In this document: piece by piece, positions 60,001-64,000 of the stretch
How positions within the stretch are numbered: position 1 is the stretch's first letter
Layout of the letters: every line of letters starts with the position of its first letter
IMG/VR virus record: IMGVR_UViG_3300010998_000002
Location: 32,001-96,000 of that record
Direction: 5' to 3' (one strand)
Source: a virus
Lineage: Duplodnaviria > Caudoviricetes
DNA: 64,000 nucleotides
Program-made: the position numbers and the translations under genes
The notes under the pieces: generated by a model
What the model saw: only the letters and a program-made list of their open reading frames with translations
Told to the model about the DNA's origin: nothing
Databases searched by the model: none

Positions 60001-60094
60001 ATATATTTTACCACAAAAATTTTAAAAGTCAAGAGTAGAATTTTAAGGTTTACAAAATATTAAAAAAAAACTATAATATTTTTGGAAGGATGAT

Positions 60095-60808
60095 ATGGAT
60101 AAAATAGAAGAAAAAGTTTTAAAAAAATATAAACGTGAAATTTCACGAATTATTAAAAATAAATATCGTAATAAATCTCAAATAGAAGCAGAAAGACAAA
60201 AATACTGTCTAACGGCAACAAATAATATGCGTAAATCCATATCAGCATTAGCACAAGATATTTTTAAAACCTATTTGCCTATTATTGAAGAAGAAATAAA
60301 TACTAAATTAGAAAAATTTAGACAATCAGATAAATTCCAAAAAGCAATACAGGCAGAATTAAAAGTTAATAAAAAAAAGATTAGTTGTAAATCTTTAAAA
60401 AAATTTCAAGAGTTTGAGATAGGAGTAAATAACTCTTTATTGGATAATCTTTTACAAGAGATAAATTCCGATACAAAAGAGCCAGAAATTAGCCGAGAAG
60501 AAGTAAAATATATTTTATTATCAATTTTATATAAAATTATTGATTATCTTAAAGAAGGTTATAAAATCAAGATTGGAACAATGATGTCTATTTGGTTAGA
60601 CCAAAGAGATATAAGAATTAATTTACCGGAAGTTAAAGAAAGAATTTTATCTGATAGATTAATTCCTAAAATTGCTTTAGGTAGTGCTTTTAGTTATAAA
60701 CTATTTCAAGCAATTAATGAAGATAATGTAGCGATAATGAATTACTATCAAGCAAAAATGGAAAGATTTTTGATGTTGATAAAGAAACGAAATCATGAAA
60801 ACAATTAG
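60095..60808 (+). CDS. DNA-binding protein with C-terminal HU/IHF-like domain
   Basis: ISREEVKYIL...IIDYLKEGYKIKIG...PKIALG. Confidence 0.5.
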   Translation: MDKIEEKVLKKYKREISRIIKNKYRNKSQIEAERQKYCLTATNNMRKSISALAQDIFKTYLPIIEEEINTKLEKFRQSDKFQKAIQAELKVNKKKISCKSLKKFQEFEIGVNNSLLDNLLQEINSDTKEPEISREEVKYILLSILYKIIDYLKEGYKIKIGTMMSIWLDQRDIRINLPEVKERILSDRLIPKIALGSAFSYKLFQAINEDNVAIMNYYQAKMERFLMLIKKRNHENN

Positions 60809-61085
60809 ACTTATAGATTTAATAAATGATATTAAAGGCAATAAAAATATCAGTAAAAAAAATATAATGCGTGTAATTAGAGCATTGCCAAAAGTTATGG
60901 CAATGATGCTAATAAAAAAAGAAGAAATTAAATTTACTTCATTTTTTAAATTAGGTTTTAGAATTGCTAAAGATAGAATTATAAAAAGTTCTATAACAAA
61001 AGAAATGTTGCACATACCACAACATTTACGCTTTAAAGCCACGTTTTATAATGAATTTAAACATTTTTTAAATAGAGAAAAATAA
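60795..61085 (+). CDS. HU/IHF-like DNA-binding protein
   Basis: 96 aa basic; ISKKNI, EEIKFTSFFKL, ITKEMLHIP. Confidence 0.7.
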   Translation: MKTIRLIDLINDIKGNKNISKKNIMRVIRALPKVMAMMLIKKEEIKFTSFFKLGFRIAKDRIIKSSITKEMLHIPQHLRFKATFYNEFKHFLNREK

Positions 61086-61447
61086 TGAAAAACATTAAAT
61101 TAGCATACCTTAAATTTGCCGATAAATTAGATAATTGTCTAATAGAAGTGGCATTAGACTATCCAAAATATGAGGATATTAAAGCATGCTATTTATATGA
61201 ATTATTTTATTTTGATACTCTGAAAGAAAAGATTACCCAACGAGAAGAAGAAATAGTGCAATATGGCATTATTAACGGAGAATTAGCACCATTTTACATA
61301 CAAATTGAAGAAAATATCTATAACCAATTAAAAGAATATTTTAAAAATACAACCGAATATGAAGAATGCAAATGGCAAGATGATGTGTCGTTATTAAATG
61401 CTATATTGAATGTATATAGACAAGACCCAAAATCATGGGAAACATAA
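61085..61447 (+). CDS. Hypothetical protein
   Basis: Coupled ORF. Confidence 0.65.
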   Translation: MKNIKLAYLKFADKLDNCLIEVALDYPKYEDIKACYLYELFYFDTLKEKITQREEEIVQYGIINGELAPFYIQIEENIYNQLKEYFKNTTEYEECKWQDDVSLLNAILNVYRQDPKSWET

Positions 61448-61952
61448 GGACAATATGGCAATTAACCCTCTTAACGGCTATGACAGAATTGCAAAATTCA
61501 TAGCCAGCAAACCGGTGCAAAAAATCATCCGTTTTGCCGATAAGAATCCGGCATTATTCCAATCGGCTACTGTATTTACTACAGCATCTTTATTTCGCCC
61601 TGCAACCATAATGGGTACTCCTGCAAAAACAGAAGATAGACGTAAAGATAATTTGTATAGTGCAAGTAAAAGTGTAGCATCTGGCATAACAGATTTAGCA
61701 TTTTCTACAGCATTATTTATTCCTGCTAATAAAGGAATAAATAAAATTTCCGATAAAATGTTTCAAAATCCAAAATCATTATTGTATCAAGATGCCAAAG
61801 CATGTAAAATGTATAAAAATCTTGTTAATCGTGGTTTAAAGATTGCCGTAGTGCCAATAATAGCATATTTGAATTTTAAATATTTAAAAAATATTGCTAA
61901 TTTTATAAGCGATAAAATAATTGCGAGAGGTAATTATAATGAAAATACCTAA
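61410..61952 (+). CDS. Basic membrane-associated protein (likely start at MAINP)
   Basis: Several moderately hydrophobic helices; AAGGA RBS before internal ATG. Confidence 0.65.
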   Translation: MYIDKTQNHGKHKDNMAINPLNGYDRIAKFIASKPVQKIIRFADKNPALFQSATVFTTASLFRPATIMGTPAKTEDRRKDNLYSASKSVASGITDLAFSTALFIPANKGINKISDKMFQNPKSLLYQDAKACKMYKNLVNRGLKIAVVPIIAYLNFKYLKNIANFISDKIIARGNYNENT

Positions 61953-62400
61953 AATCTCGCAAGCAATACAAAAAATGGCTAAAAGAATAGCCAACGATGA
62001 AAAACTTTATGATAAAATGAATAATGTCATACTTCCTATTGGTGAAACAACCGTAGCAACAGGAATGTATGCTTATTTTATTGAAAAGAATAAAAAAATT
62101 GAAAAAGAACGTAAACCAGCACTTCAATATCAAAATTTAATTTGTGGTGTTGCTGGCGCAACTTTGGCAAATGGTGTTAATAATTCAATACAAAAACATC
62201 AAGCCAAGATTATTGAATCTTTAAAAAGAAATAAAAGCATCCAAAATCCGGAAGGATTAATCAACGGATTAAAAATTGCTATGCCGGTAATTATTTTTAC
62301 TTCAATTATTAGGTTTTTAATTCCGGTCATCTCAACTCCGATTTCTTCTAGGATGCATGAAATTCAAGAACGTAAAAAAGCAAATTCGCTTAACTCATAA
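61921..62400 (+). CDS. Basic membrane-associated protein (likely start MKIPK)
   Basis: Hydrophobic helices; RFLIPVISTPIS. Confidence 0.65.
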   Translation: MREVIIMKIPKISQAIQKMAKRIANDEKLYDKMNNVILPIGETTVATGMYAYFIEKNKKIEKERKPALQYQNLICGVAGATLANGVNNSIQKHQAKIIESLKRNKSIQNPEGLINGLKIAMPVIIFTSIIRFLIPVISTPISSRMHEIQERKKANSLNS

Positions 62401-62423
62401 AAACCTCTTAAATTCTTTTGACG

Positions 62424-62448
62424 AGCAGGGTATCACACCCTGCTTTTT
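62424..62448 (+). terminator. Intrinsic terminator
   Basis: AGCAGGGT/ACCCTGCT followed by TTTT. Confidence 0.8.
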
Positions 62449-62507
62449 CTTTGTCTTGACATTTAAAAAATAATTTAGTATAATTGGTTTATCAAAGAGG
62501 TTAAAAA

Positions 62508-62978
62508 ATGAGAGTAAAAAAATTTATAGGTAAAATAGCAAAAATTTGTGCGTATATTCCTGTATTATGGAACGATGAAGATTGGGATTATTCTTATTTA
62601 CTAGATTTAATAAAATTTAAGTTAAATAGAATGAAAAATACTATCTATAAAAATAATTTTATTGCTAGATATGAAATTAGAGATATTTGTATTGGCATAA
62701 ATCAAACAATAGACCATATCAACAATTATCAAAATGATTCTAAAGCCTATAAAGACATTAATGGTAATTTACCATTTAAAGTTGGTTTTAAACATAAACA
62801 ATTAGAAAATGGTTGTTATAATTTAATTACATGGAATGAAGATGAAGATAGACAACTTAATAAACAAGAAGAAGAAATATACGATAAGTATATCAAAGAT
62901 TGCTATGACTTTGAACAAAAAGAATGGGAAGCAATTTTTGATACAATAAAGAAAGAAGGTCAAAAATGGTGGGATTGA
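62508..62978 (+). CDS. Hypothetical phage protein (WNDEDWD...WWD type)
   Basis: TTGACA-N17-TATAAT promoter and GAGG RBS. Confidence 0.75.
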   Translation: MRVKKFIGKIAKICAYIPVLWNDEDWDYSYLLDLIKFKLNRMKNTIYKNNFIARYEIRDICIGINQTIDHINNYQNDSKAYKDINGNLPFKVGFKHKQLENGCYNLITWNEDEDRQLNKQEEEIYDKYIKDCYDFEQKEWEAIFDTIKKEGQKWWD

Positions 62979-63343
62979 AGTCAAAAGAACCTGTATATGT
63001 TACATATACTTGTAAAAAATGTGGTAGTGCATTTGTAGATTTAGACCCAAATGACGATATTAACGAAACACCATTAAGAACTAGATATTGTCCAGATTGC
63101 GTAGCAAAAGGTTATGTTAATGATAAATTTGTAAAAAAAATTACACTAGAACAGCAAAGACAAAAAGATATTAAAACTAAATTAAAAGCCAATAATATTA
63201 CTGATGATAAAGATATTTCTTTTATAAAAAAATATATTAATAAACAAATTGCACACAAAGAATCTACAGGGCAAAGAATAATTTTAAACTATATTTTTAA
63301 AGATGCTTTAGAAGTATTAAGTTATCAATCATGGAAACAATAA
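62966..63343 (+). CDS. Zn-ribbon protein
   Basis: CKKC...CPDC. Confidence 0.65.
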   Translation: MVGLKSKEPVYVTYTCKKCGSAFVDLDPNDDINETPLRTRYCPDCVAKGYVNDKFVKKITLEQQRQKDIKTKLKANNITDDKDISFIKKYINKQIAHKESTGQRIILNYIFKDALEVLSYQSWKQ

Positions 63344-63425
63344 TAAAACTTAATTTACTATTGACAAAAATTGAGTTATGAGTTATACTTATAATAGATA
63401 GAATAAAAAATGAAAGAGGTCTAAA

Positions 63426-63668
63426 ATGGGTTTAATTCAAGAATTAACAAGATATTTAGAAGTTCAAGGTGATGTCGCAGTTTTAACTAAAGAAAACGAT
63501 GAATTGCGAGAAAAACTTAACAAAGTATTAGAAGAACGAGATAATTTTGAATATTTATATGAAGTTCAAAAACAAAGAAAAAATAGTGCTTTAGACGAAA
63601 TTATATCATGTCAAAAACGAATTGACTCATTATTAAGACAATTAGCGGAAAAAAATGGTGGAAAATAA
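63426..63668 (+). CDS. Coiled-coil protein
   Basis: TTGACA promoter, GAGG RBS, heptads. Confidence 0.7.
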   Translation: MGLIQELTRYLEVQGDVAVLTKENDELREKLNKVLEERDNFEYLYEVQKQRKNSALDEIISCQKRIDSLLRQLAEKNGGK

Positions 63669-63852
63669 AAAAATTCAAACATACGAATATTATTGCAATA
63701 TTCTTGATACAATGTTAAGTGATATGTCAAATGTTACATTAAACGACATACAAGATGTGATGGATGAATTACATACAGAGATAAATAAGATAGAGATTGA
63801 GGAAAAAGAAGATGAGATGTCAGCCGATAAAACCAATAGGGGCGAATATTAG
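63655..63852 (+). CDS. Small acidic hypothetical protein
   Basis: Overlapping ORF. Confidence 0.5.
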   Translation: MVENKKIQTYEYYCNILDTMLSDMSNVTLNDIQDVMDELHTEINKIEIEEKEDEMSADKTNRGEY

Positions 63853-64000
63853 TTTTTTAAATAAAAAACAACAACCGGAAGAAAAGAAACAAGTTGTAGA
63901 AATTAAAATTAAGACTCAAACAGGCGATACTTTTGAAAAATTACCGCCAAAAGACGGACAAGAATAATGAATGATAAAGAAATCGCTAAAAGAGTAATAA

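Noticed and set aside
1-64000. Alternative genetic code (stop reassignment)
   Set aside because: Long genes are intact under code 11, and TAA, TAG and TGA all terminate genes.

Overview
AT-rich window of a large tailed bacteriophage with a contractile tail (myovirus-type); no integrase or bacterial housekeeping context is visible. Layout: (1) 1-22.8 kb, minus strand: accessory genes, nucleotide metabolism and a Pol III-type replisome (NrdD/NrdG, sigma-like factor, DnaE, UvrD-like helicase, dNMP kinase, RuvC-like resolvase, DnaB, SSB-like). (2) 23.4-29.3 kb, plus strand: Tdk, DnaG, a large structured non-coding locus, ThyX and nucleases. (3) 29.5-59.5 kb, minus strand: lysis, tail fibre, baseplate, tail, head and terminase genes, containing a clear diversity-generating retroelement (RT, TR, VR; 18 of 18 mismatches at TR adenines) with no recognisable avd. 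(4) from 60.1 kb, plus strand: two HU/IHF-like genes and host-like membrane proteins. The best candidate for an undescribed system is a self-contained 7-gene operon: a radical SAM enzyme with a Twitch/SPASM-like tail followed by six otherwise dissimilar acidic proteins that all start MK(I/L/V)R(N/S)GF(V/I)SNSSSSSF. Other highlights are two long ncRNA loci sharing promoter/leader sequences, a poly-G frameshifted DNA methyltransferase, twin AT-rich repeat regions at both divergence points, two promoter classes, and apparent GATC/AGCT avoidance with CCGG excess. Product names come from recognising motifs and synteny by eye; no database search was run.
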